This document shows, piece after piece, positions 1 to 9,670 of a stretch of DNA of 64,000 nucleotides. Made by a program: the position numbers and the translations under genes. The first letter of the stretch is position 1, and every line of letters starts with the position of its first letter. Source of the stretch: Acidobacteriota bacterium. Lineage in GTDB: Bacteria > Acidobacteriota > UBA6911 > RPQK01 > JAJDTT01. Under the pieces are notes generated by a model, which ran no database searches, was not told the DNA's origin, and saw only the letters and a list, made by a program, of their open reading frames with translations. The DNA lies in the NCBI GenBank assembly GCA_965209055.1, contig OZ242374.1, forward strand, positions 5,664,001 through 5,728,000, read 5' to 3'.

Positions 1-128
1 TCGGCTCCCGCTACCCCAACTCCACCATGGGCATCCACATCTATGCCCTGCATCACATGGGGCTGCCCGAGTCCACCGTACGGGCCATCTGCGCCGGCAA
101 TCTGGAACGTCTCCTGGGAATGGGATAG
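1..128 (+). CDS. 3' end of an amidohydrolase-fold protein (type B paralogue), truncated by the window start
   Basis: Reads ...GSRYPNSTMGIHIYALHHMGLPESTVRAICAGNLERLLGMG*, nearly identical to the C-terminus of 952..1731. Confidence 0.85.
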   Translation, partial: GSRYPNSTMGIHIYALHHMGLPESTVRAICAGNLERLLGMG

Positions 129-139
129 AGGTTGAACAA

Positions 140-898
140 ATGAAAGACTTTCCCGTCGTCGATTTCCACGCGCATTTGGGGAATTGGGGCCGTTTCGGCA
201 TGCTGGACACGCCCGAGCTCTTCCTGAGCTGCATGGACAACGCGGGCATCGACGTGGCCTGCCTCAACTGCATCTTCCATGGAGATTCGTACCGGGGCAA
301 CGACCGGGTCGCCGAGTACGTCCGCCAGTGGCCCGACCGCTTCGTCGGCGCGGCGTTTATCAGCGCCAACTACCCGGAAGAGATGGTCCCCGAGCTGGAA
401 CGCTGCTTCGGGCCCCTGGGAATGAAATTCATCAAGATCTATCCCCATTACGTCCGCGTCTCCCATCACGAACCCCTTTACTTTCCCATCTACGAGTTCG
501 CCAACGATCGGGGCTTGGCGATCATGTCCCACGCCAGGCACTACTTCGATCCTCCTTCGGTTTCCATCTACAAGCGTTACGAGGGCCTGGTGAAACGATT
601 CCCCAAGATCAACTGGGTTCTGGCCCACGCCGGCGGCGGTACAAGTGCCGAGGTCGCGCGCACGGTGCGGGACTTTCCCACCATCTACGTGGAGACCTGC
701 AGCTCCGGCCTGCGCTACGGCGGCATCGAATACGCCGTCAAGAACGGGAGGGCCGACCGGGTCCTCTTCGGCACCGACATGCCGCTGCTGGATGCCGCTC
801 AGCAATTGGCCAAGGTGATCGTCTGCCGGATTACCGACGAAGAGAAGAAGATGGTCCTGGGCGGCAACGCCATCCGGCTTCTGAACCTGAAGCTCTGA
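140..898 (+). CDS. Amidohydrolase family protein (Amidohydro_2-like, type A, metal ligands intact)
   Basis: DFHAH motif, KIYP, IMSH, LAH, FGTDMP and C-terminal GGNAIRLL; GAGG RBS upstream. Confidence 0.9.
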   Translation: MKDFPVVDFHAHLGNWGRFGMLDTPELFLSCMDNAGIDVACLNCIFHGDSYRGNDRVAEYVRQWPDRFVGAAFISANYPEEMVPELERCFGPLGMKFIKIYPHYVRVSHHEPLYFPIYEFANDRGLAIMSHARHYFDPPSVSIYKRYEGLVKRFPKINWVLAHAGGGTSAEVARTVRDFPTIYVETCSSGLRYGGIEYAVKNGRADRVLFGTDMPLLDAAQQLAKVIVCRITDEEKKMVLGGNAIRLLNLKL

Positions 899-951
899 GC
901 TTCATTGATCCTCTACGAGACCCTGTCGACGACACCTGAAGCGGCAATCTG

Positions 952-1731
952 ATGGGCAGAGTCGACTTCAACTTCAAGCCTGCCGTTCCCGTGTTCGACG
1001 CCAACGTGGAACTGGGACGCCGGCACGACCAGCGCAACCTCAAGGACACCCCGGAGCAGCTCTTCGAGGAGATGGCCCGCGCCGGCGTGAACCGGGCTCT
1101 CGTCTGGCATCCCAACGGCGCCACTTACGATTCCATGGACGGGAATCTGATCCTCCAGGAGTTGACCCAAGGGGATTCCAGACTGGTTCCCCAGTTCTTC
1201 TGCAATCCGTCCTTCGACGATTTCGACGTCTTCACCCGAAGCGTCAAGGACGCGGCCGTCCGGTCCATCCGCATGGTCCCGCAGTACCAGCACTACCCCT
1301 TCCGGGAGTGGATCGCGGGACCGTGGCTGGATTGGATGGAGCGGGAAGGATTGCCGCTCTGGCTGCCGACCACCCACACGGTCTTCGGCAACACCACGGA
1401 ACTCGATGCTTCGGACGTGTACGACACGATTCGGGAACATCCCCATCTCAACGTGGTCCTGAGCGAGTTGGACTACCGCAACGTCTCCTGGGCCGTTCCT
1501 CTGCTCAAGAGCCTCCCCAACCTCCACGTGGAGATCTCCAGACTCACCATCGCCGATCCCATCAACCGCTTCCTGGAGTTCATGGACGACTCGCGCATCC
1601 TCTTCGGCTCCCGCTACCCCAAGTCGGGAATGGCCACCCACGTCTATGCTCTGCATCACATGGGGCTGCCCGAGTCCACCGTTCGGGCCATCTGCGCCGG
1701 CAACCTGGAACGTCTCCTGGGAATGGGATAG
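952..1731 (+). CDS. Amidohydrolase-fold protein (type B, metal ligands absent)
   Basis: Same TIM-barrel layout (FDANVELG, LHVEIS, ILFGSRYP, AGNLERLL) without the HxH, His and Asp ligands. Confidence 0.85.
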   Translation: MGRVDFNFKPAVPVFDANVELGRRHDQRNLKDTPEQLFEEMARAGVNRALVWHPNGATYDSMDGNLILQELTQGDSRLVPQFFCNPSFDDFDVFTRSVKDAAVRSIRMVPQYQHYPFREWIAGPWLDWMEREGLPLWLPTTHTVFGNTTELDASDVYDTIREHPHLNVVLSELDYRNVSWAVPLLKSLPNLHVEISRLTIADPINRFLEFMDDSRILFGSRYPKSGMATHVYALHHMGLPESTVRAICAGNLERLLGMG

Positions 1732-1742
1732 AGGTCGAAATA

Positions 1743-2501
1743 ATGCAGGAAGTCCCTGTCGTCGATTTTCACGCACACCTGGGCAACTGGGGCCGTTTCG
1801 GCATGCTGGACACGCCCGAGCTCTTCCTGAAGTGCATGGACAACGCCGGCATCGACGTCACCTGCCTCAACTGCATCTTCCACGGAGATTCGGACCGGGG
1901 CAACGACCGCGTCGCCGAGTATGTCCGCAAGTGGCCCAAGCGCTTCGTGGGGGCAGCGTTCGTCAGCGCCAACTACCCGGAAGAGATGGTTCCCGAGCTG
2001 GAACGCTGCTTCGGGACCCTGGGGATGAAGTTCATCAAGATCTATCCCCACTACGTCGGCGTCGCCCATGACGACCCCCTCTACTTCCCCATCTACGAGT
2101 TCGCCAACGAGCGGGGTCTGGCGATCATGTCTCACGCCAGGCACTACTTCGACCCGCCGTCCCTTTCCGTCTACAAGCGTTACGAGGGCCTGGTGAAGCG
2201 ATTCCCTCGAATCAACTGGGTGATGGCCCACGCCGGCGGCGGGAAGAACGACGAGGTCATGCGCGCGGTGCGGGACTTTCCCACCATCTACCTGGAGACC
2301 TGCAGCGGCCGCCTGCGCAACGGCGGTGTCGAATACGCCGTCAAGCACGGCAGAGCCGACCGGGTCCTCTTCGGCACCGACATGCCCCTGTTCGACGCCT
2401 CTCAGCAACTGGCCCAGGTGATGGTCTGCCAGATCACCGACGAAGAGAAGAAGCTGGTCCTGGGCGGCAACGCCATCCGGCTTCTGAATCTGACGCTGTG
2501 A
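1743..2501 (+). CDS. Amidohydrolase family protein (type A, second copy)
   Basis: MQEVPVVDFHAHLG..., collinear with 140..898; ATG at 1743 follows a GAGG RBS. Confidence 0.9.
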   Translation: MQEVPVVDFHAHLGNWGRFGMLDTPELFLKCMDNAGIDVTCLNCIFHGDSDRGNDRVAEYVRKWPKRFVGAAFVSANYPEEMVPELERCFGTLGMKFIKIYPHYVGVAHDDPLYFPIYEFANERGLAIMSHARHYFDPPSLSVYKRYEGLVKRFPRINWVMAHAGGGKNDEVMRAVRDFPTIYLETCSGRLRNGGVEYAVKHGRADRVLFGTDMPLFDASQQLAQVMVCQITDEEKKLVLGGNAIRLLNLTL

Positions 2502-2619
2502 CATCTGGCGGCAGAACGCCGCCGCTCACCGGGTTCAAACGAAACCAACAGCGTCGGGGCAACCCTCGTGGTGGACCTCTTTCACCCCCGCGTCCCCATA
2601 GGCAGGCGGGCTTTGGCGC

Positions 2620-4122
2620 CTACGCCGACCCGTCCTCTTCCGTATGGATCTGTTCCATGAGGCCGTCGATCTCCTTCGGCGGCGCGGGAGTCAGGTGGGA
2701 GACCACGATGATGGTCAGGAATGCCACCGGTGCCCCGATCAATGCCGACGAAGTGGCGGGAATCCACGAAGCCAACGCCGTGTCGCCCCAGAAGAGGGCG
2801 CCGATGGAGATCAGCCCCCCGACCAGCATGCCGGCAATCCCCCCCTCCCGAGTGGTGCGGCTCCACCAGATGCCCAGGACGAAGACGGGGAAAATAGTGC
2901 ACCCGGCGATGGCGAAGGCCATGGCCACGATCTGTCCGATGAGGGCGGGCGGTTCCAGGGCCACCAACATGATGGCGAAACCCAGCACCACGGCTCCCAG
3001 GCGCGCCACGATGACGCGCTCCTTGTTGGAGGCGGTCGGCTTGAAGAGCCCAAAATAGAGGTCGTGGGCGAAGGCGGCCGATGCGGCCATCAACAGTCCC
3101 GCCACGGTGCTGAAGGCGGCGGACACGGCTCCCGCCGCCAGGAGCCCGGTGAACCATTCGGGGAGTCCCGCGTTCTCGGCGGCGTTGATGATGATGACGT
3201 CGGCCACTTCCCTGCCCCCGTCCGGATTGAGGATCCTGCCGAAGGCGGAGAAGGCGGGCGAACTCCAGTAGAGGACGCCGATGAAGAAGAGTCCCCAGAC
3301 CACCGACTTGCGGGCGTCGCTGGCGTTGGGGACCAGGTAGAAGCGCTGGATGACGTGGGGCAGTCCCGCCGTTCCCACCATCAAAGTGAAACAGAGGGCG
3401 ATCCACTGATAGACCCCCTCGTCCCCCCAGGGCAACACGAACTGGGGCTGGGCCTCCTGGAGCTGGGCCACGGCCTCCCCGTAACCCACCTGCGGGACGA
3501 AGTAGAAGAACCCCAGCTTCTTGGCGATGAAGAAAAGCGGCAGCAGGAAGGCGGTGATGAGGACGATGTACTGCACCTGCTGGTTGCGGACCACGCCCAT
3601 CATTCCCGAGAGGAGCACGTAGGAGAGAACCACGATGGTCCCGGTGATGATGGACAGCTTGTAGTCCATCCCGAAGATCCACTTGAACATCTCTCCGATG
3701 CCCTTGTACTGGCCCACGGCATAGACGAAGGAGATGACCAGCGTGATGATGGCGGCCAGGAACCGGGCCGTCTTGGAGTAGTAGCGGTCGCCGATGAAGT
3801 CGGGCGCGGTGAACTTCCCGTAGTTGCGGATCTGAGCCGCCATCAGGACCAGCAGCAGCACGTACCCGCCGCACCAGCCCAGGACGTAGGCCAATCCGAA
3901 ATAGCCTTGCAGGTAGAGGAGGCCCGCCATTCCCAGAAAGCTGGCGGCGCTCATCCAGTTGCTGGCGATGGCCATCCCCGAGGAGACGGGACCGATCCTG
4001 CGGCCGGCCACCCAGTATTCTTCCAGGTTGCGGACCCGGGTCAGGACCCCCACCAGCACGAACAAGAGCAGGGTCGCCGCCAGGATCAGGGCGGGCCCGG
4101 TTCTCACCGCGATTTCATCCAC
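2620..4122 (-). CDS. Sodium:solute symporter family permease (ActP/VC_2705-like)
   Basis: GMAIASNWMSAASFLG, YGKFTAPDFIGDRY, GTAGLPHVIQRFY; GTG start overlaps the upstream stop codon. Confidence 0.92.
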   Translation of the reverse strand: MDEIAVRTGPALILAATLLLFVLVGVLTRVRNLEEYWVAGRRIGPVSSGMAIASNWMSAASFLGMAGLLYLQGYFGLAYVLGWCGGYVLLLVLMAAQIRNYGKFTAPDFIGDRYYSKTARFLAAIITLVISFVYAVGQYKGIGEMFKWIFGMDYKLSIITGTIVVLSYVLLSGMMGVVRNQQVQYIVLITAFLLPLFFIAKKLGFFYFVPQVGYGEAVAQLQEAQPQFVLPWGDEGVYQWIALCFTLMVGTAGLPHVIQRFYLVPNASDARKSVVWGLFFIGVLYWSSPAFSAFGRILNPDGGREVADVIIINAAENAGLPEWFTGLLAAGAVSAAFSTVAGLLMAASAAFAHDLYFGLFKPTASNKERVIVARLGAVVLGFAIMLVALEPPALIGQIVAMAFAIAGCTIFPVFVLGIWWSRTTREGGIAGMLVGGLISIGALFWGDTALASWIPATSSALIGAPVAFLTIIVVSHLTPAPPKEIDGLMEQIHTEEDGSA

Positions 4123-4430
4123 TACTTGTCTTGCCTCCGCCGGGGAGCTTCGTCGGAATCGATCAGCCGGTCGTAGAGCCGGTTGAACCAAAGGCAAAGC
4201 AGCAGGAATCCAATAATGGAGAACTGGCCCGTGAACCAGTAGTGGAACGGGAATCCCAGGATCCGGGCGTCGGTGAGGAAGCTGGACCCCATGGGGTCCC
4301 GTTGAACCAGGTACAGAAGAATCTGGAATCCGAAAACCATCAAGGCCCACAGGGCCACAATCGTGAAGATGATCCGGCGGACTCTCTTCAAGTAGCGGCC
4401 TCGGGGACGAAGAAGATTGACTTCGGGCAT
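4122..4430 (-). CDS. Small membrane partner of the symporter (DUF4212/DUF485-like)
   Basis: Two hydrophobic segments, LGFPFHYWFTGQ motif, directly upstream of the SSS permease. Confidence 0.85.
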   Translation of the reverse strand: MPEVNLLRPRGRYLKRVRRIIFTIVALWALMVFGFQILLYLVQRDPMGSSFLTDARILGFPFHYWFTGQFSIIGFLLLCLWFNRLYDRLIDSDEAPRRRQDK

Positions 4431-4623
4431 GGGCGTTTTTCTAAGGGCGCCGCACTATACAGGATGGTCCCCCGAGGGTCAACGAACCGTGCCGTGCGTC
4501 AACACTGGCATTCTGTTCCTCTTTTTTCGCTTTCTCTTTGCCCCCGCCGGAATGGTAAATTGGTGCGCCGAATGCCCCGAAAGCCGATCCTGCGAGTTCC
4601 GAACCTGGAGTTACCGTTCGAGC

Positions 4624-6348
4624 ATGCGTTTCCCGTGGAGTGACTTGGCCGACGTCTTCGGCGCGGGGGAATTACGCCAGAACGTCCTGGCGCTGCTTCG
4701 CTACATCGTCTTTCTCGGCGTCGTCATCCTGCTTTTCGCCGTCCTCTTCCAGGTGATCATGGTTCACGAAGGGCAGTCCCATTCCTGGACCACGGGGATC
4801 TACTGGGTCGTGATCACCATGAGCACCCTGGGCTACGGGGACGTGGTCTTCACCACCGACCTGGGAAGGTTGTTCAGCGTGGCCGTGCTGATCTCAGGTG
4901 TCGTGCTGATGTTGGTGGTGCTGCCCTTCACCTTCATCCGTTTCTTCTACGCACCCTGGCTGGAAGCTCAGGTACGGCTTCGGGCCCCTCGCCGAGTGCC
5001 CGCGGATGTCAGGAATCACGTCATCATCACCCGCCACGATGAAATTGCGGCAGGGATCACCAAGCAGCTTCGGCTCCGGGGGATTCCATGCTATGTCATC
5101 GAACCGGACCCCGAAAAAGCTGCCCGGCTCCTGCATGAAGGGGCATCCGTCGTAACCGGCGATCTGGACAACAAGACGACCTACACCGGGTTGCAGGCAC
5201 AACAGGCTCGTCTACTCCTCGCCAACTGCGAGGACACGACGAACACCAACATCACGTTGACCGTCCGGGAGATGTCCAGCGACCTGCCCATCGTCGGTAT
5301 CGCCGAGAATGAGGATTCCACCGACATTCTGGAACTGAGCGGATGCACGCACGTCTTGCCGCTGAAGGTCCGCCTGGGCGAGTCCTTGGCCAACCGGGTC
5401 AGCGCCGGGCTTGGCGAGGTGGACGTCGTTGGTAGTTTCTCCGGGCTCCAGATCGCCGAGTTTTCGGCGCGCGACACGCCGCTGGCCGGTTTCCAGATCC
5501 GCGAGACCCGGCTTCGAGAACGGACCGGACTGAACATCGTCGGTGTGTGGGAACACGGACACCTGATTCCCGCCTTCCCTCACACTCCCATCACCCACGA
5601 GAGCATCGTGGTCGTCGTGGGCTCGTCGGAACAGTTGTCCGTACTCGCCCGCATGCTGCATGGCCACCAGCCTCATTTCAGCGCTTCGGGTCTCATCATC
5701 GGGGCCGGAAGGGTCGGCGAGACCGCCACCCGTACTCTGAAGAGGAAGGGGCTCCGGGTCCATGTCCTCGACCGCGATCCGCAGGTGGCGGCAGACGTGA
5801 AGGGAATCGCCGATCAGGTGTTCATCGGGGACGCCAACGACCGCGAGGTCCTGAAACAGGCGGGACTCGACGATGTCTCCTCGGTGCTTCTGAGCACCAG
5901 TGACGACGCCATGAACGTCTATCTGGCCGTTTACCTGCGACGCCTCAAACCCGATCTCCGCATCGTGAGCCGAATCACCCACGATCGTAACCTGGAGGCC
6001 ATCCATCGGGCCGGGGCCGATTTCGTTCTGAGCTACGCCTCCCTGGGAACGGAAGCGGTGGTGTCGCTCATCGAAGGGCATGAACTCGTGATGCTGGGAG
6101 AAGGGGTGGACCTGTTCTCGGTGCCATTGCCGCCGTCCCTGGAAAACAAGACCCTGTACGAAAGCCACATCGGTTCCCTCACCGGCCTGAGCGTGGTTGC
6201 CATACAGCAGAACGGCGAAACCGTGACCAAGCTGCGGTCCGAGATGAAGCTCGAGCCTGGAGCGCAACTGGTCATGCTCGGCGACACCGAGCAACGGACA
6301 TTGTTCAGCAAGGCCTTCGGCGGGCAGTTCTCCAGCAGTCCGTGGTGA
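4624..6348 (+). CDS. Potassium channel protein with TrkA-N/TrkA-C (RCK) domains
   Basis: TMSTLGYGD selectivity filter, two RCK modules (IIGAGRVG); start estimated at MRFPW. Confidence 0.9.
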   Translation: MRFPWSDLADVFGAGELRQNVLALLRYIVFLGVVILLFAVLFQVIMVHEGQSHSWTTGIYWVVITMSTLGYGDVVFTTDLGRLFSVAVLISGVVLMLVVLPFTFIRFFYAPWLEAQVRLRAPRRVPADVRNHVIITRHDEIAAGITKQLRLRGIPCYVIEPDPEKAARLLHEGASVVTGDLDNKTTYTGLQAQQARLLLANCEDTTNTNITLTVREMSSDLPIVGIAENEDSTDILELSGCTHVLPLKVRLGESLANRVSAGLGEVDVVGSFSGLQIAEFSARDTPLAGFQIRETRLRERTGLNIVGVWEHGHLIPAFPHTPITHESIVVVVGSSEQLSVLARMLHGHQPHFSASGLIIGAGRVGETATRTLKRKGLRVHVLDRDPQVAADVKGIADQVFIGDANDREVLKQAGLDDVSSVLLSTSDDAMNVYLAVYLRRLKPDLRIVSRITHDRNLEAIHRAGADFVLSYASLGTEAVVSLIEGHELVMLGEGVDLFSVPLPPSLENKTLYESHIGSLTGLSVVAIQQNGETVTKLRSEMKLEPGAQLVMLGDTEQRTLFSKAFGGQFSSSPW

Positions 6349-6418
6349 AGGTCTTCACCGGGGCGATACCGGCGCAGCTCCCACTAACGCCACATGACAA
6401 AATGGGTGCGGTCCCTCC

Positions 6419-6450
6419 AAGGGCGACCCCGCTTGTTGGGTGTCGCCCTT
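6419..6450. terminator. Hairpin between convergent genes (possible terminator or REP-like element)
   Basis: 9-bp stem AAGGGCGAC/GTCGCCCTT. Confidence 0.45.
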
Positions 6451-6544
6451 CCCTGGCTTCCGCCAAAGGCCACCCCTGGCGACAGGTAGAACTCCTTTCT
6501 TCCGTGAAAGCCGCCAGTCAACGGCGCGTTCTTCCCGGAAACGG

Positions 6545-6895
6545 CTACGTCGACCGAGTCCGCCTGAACCCCTGTTTATGGTTTACTTTTACGAGTGAGC
6601 GTGGCGCGAGTTGCTGCAGGCAATTCAGCACGTCTGCCATCAACGGTCGAAGCATCTCGTAAGTGCTTCTGGGTGCGACCAGAACGATGACGGCCAAAGG
6701 TAATGCACTCAGGTTCTGCTGATATTCCAAATTCTGATCGGCGGTAAGAAAGACGTCGAAGCTACCGGCAGCGGCACGCAGGAGCGTCCCGTTGTCCAAG
6801 CCGGACCAACCGCATTCGGTCACCGTTGAGACCGTGTGTCCAGGAAGGTCCGCCCTCAATCTTCGTGGCAACGACTCATCAAGCAGGATGCGCAT
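6545..6895 (-). CDS. DUF5615 family PIN-like toxin
   Basis: MRILLDESLP...GWSGLDNGTLL...FDVFLTADQNLEYQQNL. Confidence 0.85.
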   Translation of the reverse strand: MRILLDESLPRRLRADLPGHTVSTVTECGWSGLDNGTLLRAAAGSFDVFLTADQNLEYQQNLSALPLAVIVLVAPRSTYEMLRPLMADVLNCLQQLAPRSLVKVNHKQGFRRTRST

Positions 6896-7115
6896 TCGCG
6901 TTGAGCGCCGCTCGTGCTTTTTCCAATGCGGCGACCGCCTTGGCGCGATCAATGGCAGGAAAATCCAGCAGGAACCGGTCGAGCGTCTCACCCGTTTCCA
7001 AGTAGTCAAAGAGGGCTTTCACAGGAACACGCGTTCCCGTGAACACGGGCACACCACCCTGAATCTCAGGATCCGTGTGGACAGCTTGCTTTTCCATCGT
7101 TTTTTCCTCTGGCAT
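6879..7115 (-). CDS. DUF433 family antitoxin
   Basis: DPEIQGGVPVFTGTRVPVKALFDYL...FLLDFP; overlaps the toxin start. Confidence 0.9.
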   Translation of the reverse strand: MPEEKTMEKQAVHTDPEIQGGVPVFTGTRVPVKALFDYLETGETLDRFLLDFPAIDRAKAVAALEKARAALNANAHPA

Positions 7116-7325
7116 GTCGCCCGTTCACGCCGAGCTGAAACCCAGTGTCGCAAATTGCACTAAAGCTGAACCAATTCCGCGAACGTCAAGGATACTGGAA
7201 AGGATACCCTCCAGGAATTCCAGTCCCATTGCATATCAACCCAGGGCCGACGATTGCTCCGGACGATAGTGTTAGAGACGCCAACGTCTGCAAAAGACGC
7301 AGGATCATCGAATGTCCCTGACCCG

Positions 7326-8171
7326 TCATTCGCCGTCCACCGGCAGCCGCGTCCAGGCCATGACGGTCATGGGCAGGACGATGGGGGACTTCGTCGCGTC
7401 AACGTCGGCTCGGAGCCGCTTCGGGACTGTCGCCAGATCCACCTCTTCCGCGGTCGCTATTCCGAAATGCTCCAGGAGCGGGAGGACACTCTGCACGCTG
7501 TCGGCGATGTATTGGTATCCCGCCCATCCGGGCTCCCCGCCACCCAGCGCCGTGTATTCCAGGCGGGGTTCGGGCAGGCCGGCGTCAACATAGGTCCCGT
7601 ACAGGCGGAAGGCCAGATCGGCATGGGCGCCCGATCGTTTGAAGACCTCCATCGTCCAATCGACCAACTGGTGCGCCAAGGGGGTATCGATGGCATGAGG
7701 CAATCGATTTGGGTTGAAGCCGATCTCGTGGAACGCAACGATGCCTCCCGGGCGCAAGCGCGTGGAGAGTTGCCTGAGGGCCTCGGCCGGATCGGGCAGA
7801 TACATGAGTACGAAACGACCGATCAAGGCATCGAAATCGCTTTCCAGGTCCAGCGTGCGCGCGTCCCCAGCCACGAACTCGACATGTTCCAGCCCGGATT
7901 GCGCGACCCGGTCCCGAGCCGTTTCCAGGATCTCCGCGTTGACGTCGACGCCCACAACACGGCCCTCGGGACCCACCAACTCAGCCGCGGCCATGGCCAC
8001 GTCTCCCGCTCCGCTGCCGATGTCCAGGACCTTCATGCCGTTGGTCAGGCCCGCTTCGGTCAGCATGCGCCGGGTCAGACCCGAATACAGCCGCGACTGG
8101 CGGATCAGGCGTTCGGTCTCGGCCTGAGTGCGGCCCATGGTGTAGGTGGTGTCTTCTTTTCGGTTGCTCAT
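7326..8171 (-). CDS. Class I SAM-dependent methyltransferase
   Basis: VLDIGSGAGD motif I, VVGVD, FDALIGRFVLMY, LRPGG; GGAG RBS before ATG 8171. Confidence 0.9.
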   Translation of the reverse strand: MSNRKEDTTYTMGRTQAETERLIRQSRLYSGLTRRMLTEAGLTNGMKVLDIGSGAGDVAMAAAELVGPEGRVVGVDVNAEILETARDRVAQSGLEHVEFVAGDARTLDLESDFDALIGRFVLMYLPDPAEALRQLSTRLRPGGIVAFHEIGFNPNRLPHAIDTPLAHQLVDWTMEVFKRSGAHADLAFRLYGTYVDAGLPEPRLEYTALGGGEPGWAGYQYIADSVQSVLPLLEHFGIATAEEVDLATVPKRLRADVDATKSPIVLPMTVMAWTRLPVDGE

Positions 8172-8275
8172 ATCGCTCCCTGCAGGTCGATCGGAACTGG
8201 TTGGCAAGGGGTTCGTGTCGTCGCGGGTTGACGGCGGCTGTCCATGGCGCCGAAAGGAGACGTCGGCGATTACGG

Positions 8276-9619
8276 TTAGATGAGTTCCGGGAGAGGAACT
8301 CCGGTGAGGTCGTCGAGGCCGTTGGCGATCTTGAGGGGGCGTCCGACGGGCGTCATGTATTCCTTGTGCCAGTCGATCCCCAGGGCCTTGTAGACGGTGG
8401 CGAAGATGTCGCCGATGCTGACTTCGCGATCCACGACGAAGGCCCCGCGGTCGTCGCTCCGGCCCACCACCGTGCCGGTCTGCAGGCCGCCGCCGCCCAG
8501 GGCGATGGACCAGCACTGGGGCCAATGGTCCCGGCCCAGGCCGGGATTGAGGTGCGGAGTCCGTCCGAACTCCCCCATCACCAGCACTACCGTCGAATCG
8601 TAGAGCCCTCGCTCGCTGAGGTCGTCGATGAGGGCGGAAAGCGACCGGTCCAACGGCGGCGTCAGGCGGTCCCGGTGCCCCTCGTCGTTCTTGCTGTGGG
8701 TATCCCAGGAATTGCCGTGAAAACCGGCCGCGGTAACGAACCGGCTGCCGGCCTCCACCAGGCGCCTCGCCAGCAGCATGCTCTGCCCCACTGAATCGCG
8801 GCCATAGGTGTCGCGCGTCTTCTCCGATTCCTTGGACAGGTCGAAGGCCTCCCGCACCTGGGGCGCCAAAATCATCTGCCACGCCTTGTCCATGAAGGCG
8901 TCCATGCTGGCGTGCTTCATGCTCTCCACCCGGTTCCGGTAGATCCGGTCCACCGAGTCCAGGAACAGGCGGCGATTCTCCAACACGGCCGGGCTCAGGG
9001 ACTTGGGCAGGGTCAGGTTGGGGACGTGGAAATCCTCCTTCGCGGGGTCCGGGATGGTCATGGGCATGTAGTCCGGACCCAGGAAGGCGGAACGGAAGAA
9101 ATCCTGGTATTGGCGGTTGCGCTCCCAGCGCGGGACGATGACGTAGGGAGGAAGTCCGTTGGAGGACCCCATCTCCTTGGCCACGATGGACCCCAGGCTG
9201 GGAAATTCCATGGCCGGATTGTGGCGGTGGCCGGTGATGGAGTAGTGGACCGCCTGGGGATGGTCGTTGCCGAAGGACTTGATGGATCGGACCAGCGCCA
9301 GCTTGTCCATCCGCTTCGCCAGCCGGGGCAGCAGCTCCGAGATCTGGATGCCGTCGACGTTGGTGGAGATGGGCCGGAAGGAACTGTTGGTCTTGGGGTC
9401 CCAGGTATCGATCTGGCTGGGGCCTCCCTCCAGCCAGACCAGAATGCAGGCGTTGGCCTTCGCGCCCGAAAGGTCCGCGCCGGCCGTCTTGAGAGCCGCC
9501 TCCAGCCGCAGATACTGGGTCAGATGGGCGCCCAGAAATCCCAGCGAGCCGACCCGGATGAAATCACGCCGGCTCCAGTAACCTTGGGGTTTCCGCAGGC
9601 ATCCGAACTGTTTCAACAT
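8276..9619 (-). CDS. DUF1501 domain protein with Tat-like signal
   Basis: SRRDFIRVG, WLEGGPSQIDTWDPK, LLARRLVEAG, WDTH, GEFGRTP, GRDHW. Confidence 0.92.
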   Translation of the reverse strand: MLKQFGCLRKPQGYWSRRDFIRVGSLGFLGAHLTQYLRLEAALKTAGADLSGAKANACILVWLEGGPSQIDTWDPKTNSSFRPISTNVDGIQISELLPRLAKRMDKLALVRSIKSFGNDHPQAVHYSITGHRHNPAMEFPSLGSIVAKEMGSSNGLPPYVIVPRWERNRQYQDFFRSAFLGPDYMPMTIPDPAKEDFHVPNLTLPKSLSPAVLENRRLFLDSVDRIYRNRVESMKHASMDAFMDKAWQMILAPQVREAFDLSKESEKTRDTYGRDSVGQSMLLARRLVEAGSRFVTAAGFHGNSWDTHSKNDEGHRDRLTPPLDRSLSALIDDLSERGLYDSTVVLVMGEFGRTPHLNPGLGRDHWPQCWSIALGGGGLQTGTVVGRSDDRGAFVVDREVSIGDIFATVYKALGIDWHKEYMTPVGRPLKIANGLDDLTGVPLPELI

Positions 9620-9670
9620 GAGTACGCTGCTGGCGCCACTTTACACGTTCGGCCTGCGATTCCGCAAACG

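Larger units (their letters stand above)
1..2501 (+). repeat. Tandem duplication of a two-gene cassette, period 1603 bp
   Basis: 1..898 aligns with 1604..2501 (both begin tcggctcccgctacccc), including the intergenic spacer. Confidence 0.9.

Noticed and set aside
1308-1742. N-terminal extension of the 397-aa ORF 1308..2501
   Set aside because: It overlaps the upstream gene; paralogue alignment and the RBS place the start at 1743
2553-2578. GTAG-type REP (similar word at 56206)
   Set aside because: Too degenerate and incomplete to call from two partial copies
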